DNA of 64,000 nt, taken from the NCBI RefSeq assembly GCF_018350175.1, contig NC_058383.1:9178001-9242000 (forward strand). Reading direction: 5' to 3'. Positions 62,101-64,000 of this stretch are shown here, one piece after another. The position numbers and the translations under genes were made by a program. How positions within the stretch are numbered: the stretch's first letter is position 1; every line of letters starts with the position of its first letter. The notes below the pieces were generated by a model, which did not search any database, was not told where the DNA came from, and saw only the letters and a list, made by a program, of their open reading frames with translations. Origin of the DNA: Felis catus. Taxonomy: Eukaryota.

Positions 62101-64000
62101 TTTCTCTCCCTGGTGTCTGGGCGGCGCCTTTCCCATTCACTCATCAGGTCTCCTGGTTTTCTAATATACCCCCCCCCCCGATATTCCCCATTGCCTCTTC
62201 TGACAGATCCTTTAGAACCTCCACAGAAAAAACGTAGGCTCTCCTGAAAACCTGGGCTCAATGGTGCAAAATCGAAACCTTGCTGCTCTCACGTTTTTGT
62301 TAACAAAAGGCTCCTCTTTCTCTATACCCCAAAGCACGTCCTCTTGCGGGGAACGTATTTCTCGCTAGCGTTTTCATTGATCGTTCTCGACATGTCATCT
62401 CCGTTTTTTCCTAACGTGTTTTGTATTGAAAAGGGTAGGTATTGTCTTTAAAATAAAGGTTATGCATTTAGCTGACTGGTTTAATTTGTGACAAATGCTG
62501 TTTCTTTTTTAAATAGGCACACATCTGTTGAAATTCCTATAAGTCGAAAAAATATTCTCCCTAATCTGATATTGCAAACAAAGCAGTGGTGGGAGGCAGT
62601 ATCAAGTCATTCTAGAAGATTCTGCATTTGTCATATTGCAGAGAGCCTAGACTGGGTGGAGGCTGGGAGGAGTTATTTTAAAGGAGGAAAAAGTCTTTTT
62701 TTTTTTTTTTTTTTTTTAAATAATTTGTTCTGTTAGATACATCCGAGGCTTAAAAAAAAAAAAAGCTAGCGCATCCTCATGCTGATGAAAAGAGAATACT
62801 GATCGCCAGTTGTCGCATTTTGTCTGGGATGCAGATTCCTGCCTGTATTGCACCATTTTGTCAGTAACACTACATTTATCTAATGGGCTATCAAAGAGTT
62901 TGATATTAGAGGAGGGGGCAAATATTGAGCATTATTAAATAAAACATGGGAAATTATCTGGTTAATGATTTAGGTCTCCCACTGTCTTAACATTTAACTT
63001 CCTGTCTTATGTAACAAAGGTTTTTAAAATGCATCTCCAGTGTGAAGTGGATTCAGGAGTGTATCTTGCGTGTTAATTTTTTTTAATGAAGCAATGTAGG
63101 TATCCCAGCTTAATCCTTGAACAACTTTGCCGGTTCATAAAAGATAACAATGCTGATGCTTTTTTATTTAAGCCGGCTACCTTACCAAAAGATTTTTATC
63201 TCATTAAGGAAGAGACTTGATTCTGAAATGGGGAGTATTGCCGTGTTAATGTATTGCCACAGATGCTACCTTAAAACATTTTAAAGCTCAAATGAGAAGT
63301 TCTGCTCTTAATAGATATCAGTGTTGGAAATATGTTTAGTTCATGTTATTTAGACTCTTCTAATTTTTCCATATTTCTAGTTTCACAGGAAAGTGAGTGA
63401 CCTCGCACCTATATCCATAGCAACCCAGTGATGTCACACACAATGACACAGAGGCTGCAATGCACCTAAGGGCTGGTAGGGAGTATGCAAATGGCATTTG
63501 TCCAAGGTAATGCAGAAATTAGCAGATAAGCAGGTGGAATTGAGGACTTCATCTTATCCACCAGATAAGAATTGGTCCAGAAAATAAGAATATCATTTAC
63601 CTTTAGGCATGCAGAGCAGTGACCTCTAGATATGCCAATTCATTTTCCAATTTCTAGTTTACCCACAAAAGTTTATAAGCTACATTTGTATTTTTAAACA
63701 TTTGTCTCATTGTTAAAATTGGACAATAATGGAATAAAGATAGAAATTTTAAACAAGAATATGTCTTAATCATAGTGCTGGGGTGGGCTGTATACTTGGG
63801 TTTTTTGCAGATTATTAACTTGGCAGGTGTTAATAAAAACCTTAAAAAACTCTTGACTTCCTACTGGGTCGTTTTCAGTAATGTTAGAGAGTGAGAACTG
63901 GTTACAAAACACAAGGCAAAAGTTCTCTTGTGCCTCTGGTCCTTGTCAGTATGGAGGAAAGGGCAGTTGTAAAATAAAGCAGACCTTTCTTCAAACCTAC

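Overview
Mammalian genomic DNA from a felid (cat family), judged from the Can-SINE/SINEC_Fc-type repeats and a cat-like ZP3 protein. It is syntenic with the human 7q11.23 ZP3-SSC4D-YWHAG block. The window holds: (1) the complete 8-exon ZP3 gene on the minus strand (CDS 13744->6606); (2) the complete 10-exon coding region of SSC4D (SRCRB4D, four SRCR domains) on the plus strand (CDS 30341/30374->39342, polyA signal at 40023); and (3) the CpG-island promoter, first coding exon (61609-61695) and start of intron 1 of YWHAG. The rest is dense in Can-SINEs, L1/L2/MIR fragments, MER DNA transposons, LTRs and simple repeats. I found no convincing wholly new biological system. The most notable observation is a 1-bp deletion in ZP3 exon 8 that, as written, truncates the protein before its transmembrane anchor; it is probably an assembly error but needs checking. 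Other points of interest are a recursive-splice-type acceptor on the SSC4D SRCR2 exon, an intragenic GC-box cluster that may drive antisense transcripts toward ZP3, an orphan CCAAT/CpG promoter-like element at about 46.3-46.7 kb, a near-perfect CTCF motif upstream of ZP3, and nested solo LTRs with a visible target-site duplication. Repeat boundaries and family names are from visual recognition and are approximate.
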